Shown: positions 16,242 through 26,313, counted from the first letter of the stretch. The stretch is DNA of 32,000 nucleotides from an uncultured archaeon (GCA_964648855.1 CAZYLT010000006.1:98069-130068); one strand, 5' to 3'. The notes: a model not told the origin generated them from the letters alone. Translations and numbers: made by a program.

Positions 16242-17639
16242 ATGCCCAAGTCAGATTCCATTTTGATTGAGAACGGATATGTACTGACGCTTAATCCCGA
16301 ACGAACGATTATCAAGAATGGCGCAGTGTATGTGGAAGATACGAAGATAGTAGATGTTGGCAAGAGTGAGGAGCTTTCCAAGTACCCTGCTGACAGAGTT
16401 CTTGATGCAGGCGGAGGCATCATAATGCCTGGGCTCATCGATACGCACACGCATCTTGCCCAAGCCCTCATCCGAGGATGTGCGGATGATGTCTCTCTGG
16501 TCGATTGGTTGAAGAAATACGTGTGGGTGCTACAGGGTAACTTTACTGAATTGGATGGAAAGGTGTCTGCTGAGCTATGTATGGCCGAGATGATAAAGAG
16601 CGGGACCACATCTTTCATTGAATGCATGATTCACGCAAGATACGGGTTCGATGGTATTGCTCGTGCCGTAGAACGTATCGGAATGCGGGCTGCCCTCTCA
16701 AAGATTATTATGAACTCTACTGGCTACGCGGATAGCCCTGATATCATGTACCCCGGTATGGTTGAGGAAGAAGAGGCATGCCTCCGAGAAACTAAAGAGA
16801 TGCTGGGTAAATGGCATGGCGAAGCGGATGGCCGTCTGCAGGTGTGGTATGGGCTACGGTCTCTTGGAGCTGTCACTGACGATTTATTCAAGAAGGTTGT
16901 TCATCTGGCTGACGAGCACGACACTCGCATGACCATGCACTTGGGCGAAGTTGTGGACGACGTTCGTTATGTAAAGGAGAAGGGATACAAGAATCTGACC
17001 TCCTTTGCAGAGGATATGGGATTACTTGGCCCCAATATGGTCTTTGCACATGGCATCCATTTCGATGACTCCGAAATAGACCTCTTAGCAAAGACACAAA
17101 GCAATATCTCGCATTGCCCAGCAAGCAATATGAAACTCGCATCAGGATTTGCAAAAGTGCCCCTGATGCTGCAGAAGGGCGTTCCCGTATCATTGGGCTG
17201 CGATGGTGGGCCAAGCAACAATACCTATGACATGGTCTCGGAGATGAGGCTTGCTGCACTCATTCACAAGGCGTATTGTGATGACCCTTTGGTAATACCC
17301 GCAGAAGACGCGATTGAGATGGCAACTTTGGGTGGGGCCAAAGCCATGGGGATCGATGAGCAAGTGGGTTCCCTAGAGATTGGGAAACTGGCCGACATAA
17401 TCGTCGTCAACATGGATCATACGGGACTCACTCCGCATCCCAATCCCGTCTCGAATCTTGTGTATGCTGGGTCGGGACACTATGTTGACACCGTGATGTG
17501 TAATGGAACCCTGTTGATGCTTGACCGCGAACTACTCACTCTTAATGAGGAACAAGTCAAGAAACAGGCAAACACGCAGATCCATTCTTTGCTAGAACGC
17601 GCGGAGATCACCATCGAACCGAAGTGGAATGCGCAGTAG
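16242..17639 (+). CDS. Amidohydrolase, MTA/SAH / 8-oxoguanine / guanine deaminase-like family
   Basis: PGLIDTHTHLAQALIRG, SGTT, HLGE, HCPASNMKLASG, GCDG..SNN, GSLEIGKLAD. ATG 16242 preferred over 16194. Confidence 0.9.
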   Translation: MPKSDSILIENGYVLTLNPERTIIKNGAVYVEDTKIVDVGKSEELSKYPADRVLDAGGGIIMPGLIDTHTHLAQALIRGCADDVSLVDWLKKYVWVLQGNFTELDGKVSAELCMAEMIKSGTTSFIECMIHARYGFDGIARAVERIGMRAALSKIIMNSTGYADSPDIMYPGMVEEEEACLRETKEMLGKWHGEADGRLQVWYGLRSLGAVTDDLFKKVVHLADEHDTRMTMHLGEVVDDVRYVKEKGYKNLTSFAEDMGLLGPNMVFAHGIHFDDSEIDLLAKTQSNISHCPASNMKLASGFAKVPLMLQKGVPVSLGCDGGPSNNTYDMVSEMRLAALIHKAYCDDPLVIPAEDAIEMATLGGAKAMGIDEQVGSLEIGKLADIIVVNMDHTGLTPHPNPVSNLVYAGSGHYVDTVMCNGTLLMLDRELLTLNEEQVKKQANTQIHSLLERAEITIEPKWNAQ

Positions 17640-17641
17640 GC

Positions 17642-19252
17642 TCAATTAGTCGTGTTTGCGATTTCCTGAACTGACATAAACCACCTACGAATGCCCTCTT
17701 CTGGGCACGACCAGGATTGGGTGTCCTCCTGCCAGAGCTCTTTTGGAAACTCGATGTGAGCGGTTATTGAATGCCCCAATATGCCAGTCATGACATTCTT
17801 GGATACCGTGTTAATCGCTCTAGTGAAGCCATACGCACCACCCTCCGGGAGATCTGCTGCCAATATCAATTTCCCCTCTGGAGTGAACTGGACTTGACAA
17901 TATGGCAGTCTTTGTACCCAAGCAGTTATGGACTGACTCAAATCCAAATCCTCACATGTTAGAAAGACACACTCGTTCAGACCAATATGCCGGAGCCCCC
18001 AACGCCGTTCAATCAAACCACTGTCCTTGAGTCTTTTCAGGCGCTCATGTGCTCTGTTCTGCCCAATTTTCAGTTCCTTCCGTATGGCTCTGACAGATGT
18101 GTTTCGTTTGAAGACCTGAGCAAGAATCTCCATATCTAGTTGATCAAGAATTAGCTCGGTGCGTTTAATCGGTTTCTCGGTTCTTGGAATAACATTGGCA
18201 AGATCATCACTGTGTATCCTCACGAGCTCATGTTTTAGCAAGTCCCACGGAATTTCCCACCTTCCTCGCTGCACGGAATAAAAATCATAACATCGTGGGT
18301 AGCCTGCCACTGCTGTATCAAACAACTCTGCCCTTCTTCCTATCCGAGCAATTATCTTCTTGAATTCTTCTAGTGCTCTCATGCTCTTTGGGTTTTCAGG
18401 AACGGTAAGGAGGACTAGCAAGCTCCATGGTCCAGAGAGTATTCTTCTATAAGAAAGGAAGAACGGGGAGTCTACTACATAGTCCACTGGGTCTGACTTG
18501 TCTTCGCTCCTTCCTATTAAGACAAATACAAAACGAATTCCTATCTTTGAATATGGAACAAAATCTTGCCTGTGCAATACATAATTGTTCAGCAGCTCGT
18601 TCTTCTTTCTTGAAACCCATTTGTATGAAACATCTACAAGATCCGCCAACTCTCTCATCGTAATTTTTGGCTGTTCCATTAGATGTTCTACCATCTGAAT
18701 CTCGGTTGCATCGAATTCACGACTCCATCTTCTGAAGTTTTCAGACACATGAGTAGCATAGCCCGCATTATCCAATCGAATGCCGGACTGCATCCATTTT
18801 AGAAACTGACGAGTCATGTCTTCAAGCCCTAGGTTTCCCTGCAGATATTGAAGCAGGCGAAACATCTCGGATGGATAGTAGTTCCTGATGTTTCCAATAT
18901 CCTTTCTGCCTACATTCCTATGCCATAAGGCAAACCAATCGGACTGCTGGTTTCCGCCAAGATATTGGGCAGCAAATGCATTAGATAGGTCTTCGATGCA
19001 TTGAGCGCATAACGTCTTCTTCTTGAGGACCGCAGCCATATGCGCTCTGGCAGCCACCCCCTCAAGAGGCACATCATGATCGTCTAGGACTAAAACTCCT
19101 TTCCTAATCCTACCTCCAAACCAGGCATTTTTCTTTTTTTCTTTGGTTGACCGGACTTTTTCGGGCGCTTTTGCTGGTTTTAGTCCGAATCGGTCCTCGA
19201 GTTCTCTTCCAATATCATTCCAAATAGCCATTACAGTTTCGAGGTCAATCAA
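17642..19252 (-). CDS. Large regulator-like protein with two winged-HTH + Lrp/AsnC-like modules
   Basis: HTH-like ITMRELADLVDVSYKWVSRKKNEL and SVRAIRKELKIGQNRAHERLKRLKDSGLI, each followed by a (K/H)IG(I/L) beta-rich segment; N-terminal ~170 aa unassigned. Confidence 0.7.
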   Translation of the reverse strand: MIDLETVMAIWNDIGRELEDRFGLKPAKAPEKVRSTKEKKKNAWFGGRIRKGVLVLDDHDVPLEGVAARAHMAAVLKKKTLCAQCIEDLSNAFAAQYLGGNQQSDWFALWHRNVGRKDIGNIRNYYPSEMFRLLQYLQGNLGLEDMTRQFLKWMQSGIRLDNAGYATHVSENFRRWSREFDATEIQMVEHLMEQPKITMRELADLVDVSYKWVSRKKNELLNNYVLHRQDFVPYSKIGIRFVFVLIGRSEDKSDPVDYVVDSPFFLSYRRILSGPWSLLVLLTVPENPKSMRALEEFKKIIARIGRRAELFDTAVAGYPRCYDFYSVQRGRWEIPWDLLKHELVRIHSDDLANVIPRTEKPIKRTELILDQLDMEILAQVFKRNTSVRAIRKELKIGQNRAHERLKRLKDSGLIERRWGLRHIGLNECVFLTCEDLDLSQSITAWVQRLPYCQVQFTPEGKLILAADLPEGGAYGFTRAINTVSKNVMTGILGHSITAHIEFPKELWQEDTQSWSCPEEGIRRWFMSVQEIANTTN

Positions 19253-19672
19253 AGGAACTTAGCACCCTATGTGAGAGACCATATACCAACCTGAAAAGAA
19301 TTTCCTGAGGGATGAAATGGGGTCCCCCCTCCCCTACCGTTTTCGTCTTCTCACGGACAGCAAAGATACTGTAGCCAATGATGAAAGAGAAACTCGATGC
19401 AAACTCAAGAGGAGAAAGTGTTGAGTGGCTGATTCAAGTTCTCGCCCCAGTAATTGGGCATCATTTTGAACTCTGTACGCCCTCGAGAAGTACAGCCACG
19501 CCAACCAGTGCATTCCAAGTATATATACTGAGGGACAATCCACTGTCGGCGTTACAAAACCCCTTCTAAAGCGATTCTGCCGGCCATCAGGCGAGTTGGG
19601 CCCCCCTTCACACCTGCTGCGAGAGTAACGACTTCTATGTGTTGAATGAAAATAGGGTATTACCCGTTACTG

Positions 19673-20884
19673 CTAGGTTATAATCGCCTCGCGCTCGAAG
19701 AGTTTTGCTCCGATTATCAGAAACACCACTGTGAATGCTAGCAGATACAATACATTACCCAGCAGGGAGAGTGGCGTACCGACACCCGAAAGGACTCCGT
19801 TGAGGAATATGATTGCATGAGTGAAGGGTATTGCTAATACAAAGAACCCGAACAGCCCTCCATATTGTAGTATGCTTCCTGTAAAACCTAGGATGCCTAT
19901 GACCATCGTGGGGACCAAGAGCACAAGGTTGTTGATTGACTCTGCAGTGGCTTGATCCTTTGCAAGACAAGAGATCACCACTCCTATCCCAATGGCACAG
20001 AGCAGTACCAAGAATTGACAGAAGAAAATCAACGGAATTGTGGCAGTATTGACGGTGTAGAGACTGATGTAATATTCAGCTGCACTGGGCGGTAATGGTG
20101 CAGCCCGAAAGATGATCGAGAAGTTGTACATTAGTATTCCAACAACAGTGAAGGCAGAGTAGATCATCGTGAGAATGAGTCCTGCCACCAGCTTTGAGCC
20201 AAGAATCTTGATGCGGCTCATTGGTACCACTAAGAGCGCCTCCAGCGTATGCCTCTCTCTCTCACCCGCAAATGATTTGCTCACATAGGGGGCGGGCGCA
20301 AGCACAGATGTGATCATAACTAAGAATATCGCTAGCTGATGCCCGTAGGTGGCCTCTGGAGCAATGGTGTTCCAATTCACCTGTAAGTCACGAATCACGA
20401 CTATCTCATTGATTCTTTGTTTAGCAAATATGTCAATCCGTTGCGCTGCAGCTGTAGCTCTGAAATTTCCAGTATTTACCCAAATCGCGAGGGTACTTCT
20501 ATTATTAGCCTCGAGTTCTTCCGTGAAATTCTGTGGTATGAGGACCCAGACGGAGACCGAACGATTCTCCACTAAATCTTCTCCTTCTTGTCGAGTGACT
20601 TGTATCAGTGGGTTAATCAGCAATTCGTCTGTATTACCCTCGATAGCCGCATAGAGTGTGTTTCCCCAATTATCATTGTCCGCATTGGTGATATAGACAG
20701 TCTCCGGTTCTTCAGTCGTCTGAGCAACGATGAATGATAGAAATGCACCTTGAAACAACCACGCAAAGAGTGGGCTAATGATGAATCCCAAGACAAGCCA
20801 GCGAGACCGCAAGACGCTCTTAATCTCCTTCTTGAGCATCCAGATGGTCTTCTTGCCAGTTCTTCGCTTATTGCTTCTTGCCAC
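19673..20884 (-). CDS. ABC-2 type exporter permease (NatB-like)
   Basis: KKEIKS start, large extracellular loop, FAGERERHTLEALLVVP...ILGSKL, multiple TM helices, IPFTH. Confidence 0.92.
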   Translation of the reverse strand: MARSNKRRTGKKTIWMLKKEIKSVLRSRWLVLGFIISPLFAWLFQGAFLSFIVAQTTEEPETVYITNADNDNWGNTLYAAIEGNTDELLINPLIQVTRQEGEDLVENRSVSVWVLIPQNFTEELEANNRSTLAIWVNTGNFRATAAAQRIDIFAKQRINEIVVIRDLQVNWNTIAPEATYGHQLAIFLVMITSVLAPAPYVSKSFAGERERHTLEALLVVPMSRIKILGSKLVAGLILTMIYSAFTVVGILMYNFSIIFRAAPLPPSAAEYYISLYTVNTATIPLIFFCQFLVLLCAIGIGVVISCLAKDQATAESINNLVLLVPTMVIGILGFTGSILQYGGLFGFFVLAIPFTHAIIFLNGVLSGVGTPLSLLGNVLYLLAFTVVFLIIGAKLFEREAIIT

Positions 20885-20957
20885 TCTTGGTCACCAAGTT
20901 CTTACAACTCGAACTTCACAGAGTCCTATAATGATTATGTATCATCCAACTATATGG

Positions 20958-22307
20958 TTAAGACAGCCAGGGGAGAATTCTGTCGGTTATGCTCTCAAAC
21001 ACACAAGCCAAACTATTTCCCAATGCTCCGTGCTGACGGAGATAATGCTGGATGGTTCCTTTGTACTGAGCAAACCGTAGCTTATGCTCTGAGAACACAC
21101 CCTTGAAAAGGAGTTGATGACGGTGCGCTTTGCCTCTCTGTTTCCTCCACTCAGAATCAGTAATTCGTGCTCTGACTTTGGTGTAGAGTCCGGTACCTAC
21201 AATTGGGTAGGGAAAAGAGTATGAGAGATAATCAAGTGGCAGCCTGGATGAGAATCTCAAGGTATCAACCAGAGAGTCATCTGTCTCTCCTGGATAGCCG
21301 AGAATGAAAAAACCTCCTGTTTCAATGCCTGCTTGCTTTGCGGCATGAACTGCGCTCGTCACATTATCGAGGTCGATTTGTTTCTTCATTATTTTTAGCA
21401 TTCGCTCATTCCCAGACTCGATTCCAAAGAATACTCTGACACATCCTGCTCTCGCCATCTTCTCTGCCATTCTTGGAGTCAACGTGTCTGCTCGGCTCAG
21501 GCACATCCAATTAAGGTTCACATCGGATGATAGCAACAAATTGCAAATTTCTTCTACTCGGTCCGGATTGAGCGTGAAACAATCATCTTGGAAGAATACC
21601 CTGTCATATCCTAGTTTTTCTATCTGCTTCATCTCTTCAACGACTGTGCCTGCAGAGAACTCACGGTAACTTCTACCATATACGGGGTTGCTACAGAAAT
21701 CACAAGCGTATGGGCATCCACGAGTTGACATCATGCTTGTTGCTGTGTATCCATGGTACTTATTCCAGTACGCTTGGTAGGCGCCATTGGGGAATAGGTT
21801 TCTTGCTGGAGATGGTATCGATTCAAGATCTTCAATATATGGACGGGGATCATTAACAATAATGCTCCCGTTCTCATCTCTGTATGCAATACCCTTGATG
21901 TCATACCAGTTCTCGTTGCTTCGCATTCTCTCTACCAATTCAAGGAATGTTTCCTCTCCTTCATGTCGAACCACAACATCGAAGACATCTAGGAAACTCT
22001 CTGGTGTCAATGAAGGGAGCGGCCCGCCTGCAACAATCAAAGGAACCTCATCTCTTATGCTTCGAGCAATCCGAATGGCATGATGGTTCATAGTGACCAT
22101 CGAGTAAATTCCAACTATGTCGGGCTTGGCTCTCCTAATAGATTGCACAGCATCTCCAGGTTGGGAAAACGTGCAGTCAAGGAGCTGCGGGCGTATACCC
22201 GTAGTCCTGAGGACCGAAGCCAGGTATCCAAGACCCAAGGGCGGATAGCGAAAAATCGAACGGTCTAATTCCTCGTTGAAATATGGATAGACTAACGCCA
22301 CTCTCAT
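20958..22307 (-). CDS. Cobalamin-binding (class B-like) radical SAM protein
   Basis: PPLGLGYLAS, VAGGPLPS, HEGE, TRGCPYACDFC, FQDDCF, FFGIESG, FILGYPGET. Confidence 0.93.
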   Translation of the reverse strand: MRVALVYPYFNEELDRSIFRYPPLGLGYLASVLRTTGIRPQLLDCTFSQPGDAVQSIRRAKPDIVGIYSMVTMNHHAIRIARSIRDEVPLIVAGGPLPSLTPESFLDVFDVVVRHEGEETFLELVERMRSNENWYDIKGIAYRDENGSIIVNDPRPYIEDLESIPSPARNLFPNGAYQAYWNKYHGYTATSMMSTRGCPYACDFCSNPVYGRSYREFSAGTVVEEMKQIEKLGYDRVFFQDDCFTLNPDRVEEICNLLLSSDVNLNWMCLSRADTLTPRMAEKMARAGCVRVFFGIESGNERMLKIMKKQIDLDNVTSAVHAAKQAGIETGGFFILGYPGETDDSLVDTLRFSSRLPLDYLSYSFPYPIVGTGLYTKVRARITDSEWRKQRGKAHRHQLLFKGVFSEHKLRFAQYKGTIQHYLRQHGALGNSLACVFESITDRILPWLS

Positions 22308-23239
22308 TTCTTTATTCCCTTCATCTCAGATAGTGGACCAATCCTGACCAGATATTCTAGACTCTTGCTGTTGGGTGGAATCGAGAGAATGACTCCACTC
22401 CAGCTTATGATGTCATCAATTATCTCCCTACCTCTATATGCGTGTAGTTCTTCCGGTATGCTTACTTCCAAAAACAGATTTGCTACGGGCGAATAGAATG
22501 TTGCTTTCCTTCCCTCTATTCTATCCCAACCAGATATCTCATCTCGCTCCAGATGGATACCTGTATCATCTATATAGCGGTCAAAGAGGACGCCTCCGAG
22601 CTCGTTGGAGACAAAAATCTCTTGCAGTCCATTTCTATCAACATCTTCAAAATTCATGGAAACTATGATTTCTCGCTTTTCATTTTTGAATTCATAGTAA
22701 ACAGGTATGGTCCCTTTGGACTCAACTCTGTAAAATGCAGGGCTATGGTCCTTGAGATTCACACCCGTGTTTCCCGCGACTCTGCTACTCAACTCTATTA
22801 GCCTTCTACCCATTGTTGTCTTGTACACGCGGTTATACAGCCTCTGATAGACCCATGAGAAGGTTTCCGGCCCAGATGATGCTCTTTTCTGATGTCTGTC
22901 GATGAGATTCAAGTCGAATTTTTTCCATACTCTCTGTGATATGATTTCTCCTTCTTCAGAGGTTGTTGCTGTTCCAGGAAAATAGAAGTCTCGACGATAC
23001 TTCAGCAGAGGGACACCGATACCTATTCCCTCCTCGCACAGGTCCGCACTGCCTTGCTCCCTGCTTAGAATAACTCCTTTCTGAATCGGTGATGCCTTTC
23101 CACATTTTGGTTCGGGAAGTCTGCTAAGGTATAATCCTATGCGGCTGTTCTCTGAGGAATTCATTGACAATAAGCAGTGGGGACATGCATATTTTAGCAT
23201 TCGCAATGGTCGGTTGGTTTTGAATAGAGGCGAGAGCAC
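22304..23239 (-). CDS. Hypothetical protein coupled to the radical SAM gene
   Basis: 311-aa ORF with ATGA overlap onto the radical SAM start; true start may be ATG 23164. No family recognised. Confidence 0.7.
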   Translation of the reverse strand: MLSPLFKTNRPLRMLKYACPHCLLSMNSSENSRIGLYLSRLPEPKCGKASPIQKGVILSREQGSADLCEEGIGIGVPLLKYRRDFYFPGTATTSEEGEIISQRVWKKFDLNLIDRHQKRASSGPETFSWVYQRLYNRVYKTTMGRRLIELSSRVAGNTGVNLKDHSPAFYRVESKGTIPVYYEFKNEKREIIVSMNFEDVDRNGLQEIFVSNELGGVLFDRYIDDTGIHLERDEISGWDRIEGRKATFYSPVANLFLEVSIPEELHAYRGREIIDDIISWSGVILSIPPNSKSLEYLVRIGPLSEMKGIKK

Positions 23240-23339
23240 TTTGGAATTCCTGTAATCATCAGAGGAATTGCTTCACAGCAACTCAGTTGTCACTGAAGCA
23301 GATCGGAAGTGTATAACCTACTCGGGATTACGGGCTCTA

Positions 23340-24122
23340 TTACTTAGTGTACACCCCTTCTCCAGTCACCAGACCAGTAAACACCTCTTCCAGATTGGCA
23401 GCCTTGAATTTTTCTTCCAATTGGGACGGCTTGCCTGTTGCCACCAGCTCACCCTTGTTCAGAATTCCTACTCTGTCACAGAGCTCGGAGACCTCGTTCA
23501 AATCATGTGTAGTCAGAATGATTGTCCTGTTCTCTTCAGAACTCAGCCGCTTCAAGACATTTCGGACCACTCTGGCCCCGATTGTGTCCACACCAGTGGT
23601 AGGCTCATCGAGAAATACCACCTCCGGTTCAATAATCAGGGCTCGCGCAACGAGAACTTTTCTCTTCATCCCACCGCTGAATCCCTTGACAAGATGGTCC
23701 TCTCTGTCCTTTAGGTCGACGATCTCTAGCAATCGGTCAGCCCTCTCATTGAGCTCCTCCTCCTCAATACCGTAGAGCCCTCCATAGAAGGTCAAATTCT
23801 CACGAGCTGTCAATAGCTCATAAATACCCGCCTCTTGTGGTAGTAATGCTGCACGTTGACGGATATACTGTTTCTCCTTTTCAACATCTTTGCCGAGAAC
23901 GTAGGCTTTGCCCGCGGTTGGAGTGAGAAGTCCTAACAAGATTCGGATCAACGTTGTCTTTCCCGCCCCGTTGGGGCCCAAGAGACCAAAGACTTCCCCT
24001 CTGTTGATTTCTAGATTAACCTTGTTCAGTGCTGTAACTTCCTCTTTCTTACCCTTCTCGAAGATTTTGGTGAGGTTCTCAGTCCTAATCACGGGGCCTA
24101 GATTCATCTCTGTCAGCCTCAT
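23340..24122 (-). CDS. ABC transporter ATP-binding protein (DrrA/NatA-like)
   Basis: Walker A GPNGAGKTT, signature FSGGMKRK, Walker B VFLDEPT, LTTH. Confidence 0.95.
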   Translation of the reverse strand: MRLTEMNLGPVIRTENLTKIFEKGKKEEVTALNKVNLEINRGEVFGLLGPNGAGKTTLIRILLGLLTPTAGKAYVLGKDVEKEKQYIRQRAALLPQEAGIYELLTARENLTFYGGLYGIEEEELNERADRLLEIVDLKDREDHLVKGFSGGMKRKVLVARALIIEPEVVFLDEPTTGVDTIGARVVRNVLKRLSSEENRTIILTTHDLNEVSELCDRVGILNKGELVATGKPSQLEEKFKAANLEEVFTGLVTGEGVYTK

Positions 24123-24139
24123 AGTTTTCGCAATTCTCT

Positions 24140-24922
24140 CTATTCCAGATGCTCAACCTTTGGAAATGGTGGTTCTTTCTTGATGTCCTTCAGCAATTCA
24201 TAGGCCTCCTCAATATCCTCGTCGCTACCCTCAATGAATAGCGAGATTGAACCCTCGGCACCGTTTACCCCGCCAGCTGCAATTGGAATGGCTTCGACAT
24301 CGAACAGGGCCTCAAGTGCATCGATCTCCGTGAAGGGGATTCCCTCCGGTATAGATATTGCACCCACAGGTGTACCAATGGCAAGGTCCCAGTCATCTTT
24401 TCCAAACCTTCCGCAGAATTCATCATACAGGACGGGGATGCACTTTTCGAGTCCACTAGGCATGATGACCGTGATATTCCTCGAGGCAGCCGCTCCTAGA
24501 AATGACCCGACCGTTCCGCCAGTCTCACTGGCTAGAAGCACAATGGGGACCATATCTGCATCAAAGGCATTAGCGCTCTTGATGATAACATCGCCCTCAC
24601 CCATATCTGAGAGGACATCCTTGACCTTCTTCTCCTCAAGATACTCTCCCTTGTAGAAGATGGCATCATATGCTCGGCTTTCGGCTTCAGTGATCCACAA
24701 TCCTGCAGCTATCGTCACTCCCGCTATATGCTTGGTCTTATCGTAATCCGGAATGAGTTCTTCCACGAGATAACTAGAGGTTGTTCCAAGAGTCACGCAC
24801 AAGTATCCATTTTCTAGCGCGTATTGTATTTCTTCTGTGGCAAGCAATCCCTTCGCGATGAGTCGCTTGCTCTGAGCTGGGGTCAAAGTCACAAGGAGTT
24901 TCTTCATTTTCTGTTCATCCAC
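24140..24922 (-). CDS. Hypothetical protein
   Basis: 260-aa ORF in operon spacing with purB; glycine-rich motifs (LGTT, GGTVG, AAGGVNGAEG). Function not recognised. Confidence 0.8.
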   Translation of the reverse strand: MDEQKMKKLLVTLTPAQSKRLIAKGLLATEEIQYALENGYLCVTLGTTSSYLVEELIPDYDKTKHIAGVTIAAGLWITEAESRAYDAIFYKGEYLEEKKVKDVLSDMGEGDVIIKSANAFDADMVPIVLLASETGGTVGSFLGAAASRNITVIMPSGLEKCIPVLYDEFCGRFGKDDWDLAIGTPVGAISIPEGIPFTEIDALEALFDVEAIPIAAGGVNGAEGSISLFIEGSDEDIEEAYELLKDIKKEPPFPKVEHLE

Positions 24923-24948
24923 AATCTAATTGAATATATCCTGCAATT

Positions 24949-26313
24949 TTACTCTGTCGAAGCGACATCACTCTCGAAGGCTTCGATTGTTCTTTCCACT
25001 ATCCTTCCCGAGGTCTCTCTGATTTGCTCATAATACTCCTCGACATCTATTTCGTCTGCATCGAGTTTGTCCGCTATCTCAGAATCTTGTCGCAGGAGTT
25101 CGAGGAGATCTGTACCCTCTTTCCTTGACTGGTCAGCGAGTCCCCTCAATTTTGCGTGCGCCTTTGGGCGCTGAAGTCCTGCCTTTGTTAACGTGGTGAT
25201 GATATACTCACTGAGAATCATATCCTTTGATGCATTCAGATTCCTCTCAATCGTTTCCTCATCAAGCTCTAAGCCCTCAATTACCCTGGTCATCTCACGC
25301 ACGAGATAGTCCGTAAGAATGAATGCTTGAGGAATGACAAACCGCTCTGTTGAGGAGTGGCTGATATCTCTCTCCTCCCAGCTAATCACATCCTCTAGGG
25401 CGGGCGCTGTAAGGCTTCTGACTACGCGTGCAAGTCCTGAGATTTTCTCACAGGTCACGGGATTCCTCTTATGTGGCATGGCAGAGGACCCGATTTGTTC
25501 GCCATGCTTGAAAGGCTCATACATCTCTCCGATTTCAGTCCGCTGGAGATTTCTGATATCAGTCGCAATCTTGTCAAGAGAAGCAGATAGGTTCGCTAAG
25601 CCCAATATAGCTTCTGCATGACGGTCTCGCTGTGTAATCTGAGTCGTTGCGTTGGGAACTCCAAGACCGAGTTCTTTCAGAACCATCTCCTGCAGCTTAA
25701 TTCCATCCGGTCCTAATGCAGAGTGACTACCGGTAGCTCCTGCAATTTTACCGACAACCACCCTCTCTCGTGCCTCAATCAAGCGTCGCCGGTGTCTCCG
25801 AATCTCATCGAGCCATACGGCAAACCTTAGTCCATAGGTGATAGGAACCGCGTGTTGGCCATGAGATCGACCAATAGCAATCAGGTCTCCAAACTCAACA
25901 GCTCTAGCAGCAAGTACCTCGCATAATCCATCTGCCTGTTGGAGGATGACCTGATAGGCATATTCCATCTGCATGCCTAATGCCGTGTCCTTGATGTCGT
26001 TACTTGTGAGGCCAAAATGCACCCATTGGGCTCCAGCCCCCTTACACTGTTCAGCTATTGCCTCGTATAGTGCAGCCACATCGTGCCTTGTCTTTGCCTC
26101 AATCTCCATTGTCCGTGACAAGGTCACCTGCTCCGGTACTGCAGTCATGGTGATGTCGTCGGCTGCGTCTTCTGGAATCATACCCAGTTGAGCCTGTTTC
26201 TGTGCAACAGCAGTTTCTATTTGAAGCCAGAGACCATGCCGGCATTCCTCCTCGAAAATCTGAATCATCTCTTGATTTCCATATCTTCCATAATCTATAG
26301 GATTGACAGGCAA
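24949..26313 (-). CDS. purB: Adenylosuccinate lyase
   Basis: NPIDYGRYG, TRHDV, VHFGLTSND, GRSHGQHA.P, GATG, SSAMPHKRNP...E, ERDISHSSTER. Confidence 0.95.
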   Translation of the reverse strand: MPVNPIDYGRYGNQEMIQIFEEECRHGLWLQIETAVAQKQAQLGMIPEDAADDITMTAVPEQVTLSRTMEIEAKTRHDVAALYEAIAEQCKGAGAQWVHFGLTSNDIKDTALGMQMEYAYQVILQQADGLCEVLAARAVEFGDLIAIGRSHGQHAVPITYGLRFAVWLDEIRRHRRRLIEARERVVVGKIAGATGSHSALGPDGIKLQEMVLKELGLGVPNATTQITQRDRHAEAILGLANLSASLDKIATDIRNLQRTEIGEMYEPFKHGEQIGSSAMPHKRNPVTCEKISGLARVVRSLTAPALEDVISWEERDISHSSTERFVIPQAFILTDYLVREMTRVIEGLELDEETIERNLNASKDMILSEYIITTLTKAGLQRPKAHAKLRGLADQSRKEGTDLLELLRQDSEIADKLDADEIDVEEYYEQIRETSGRIVERTIEAFESDVASTE

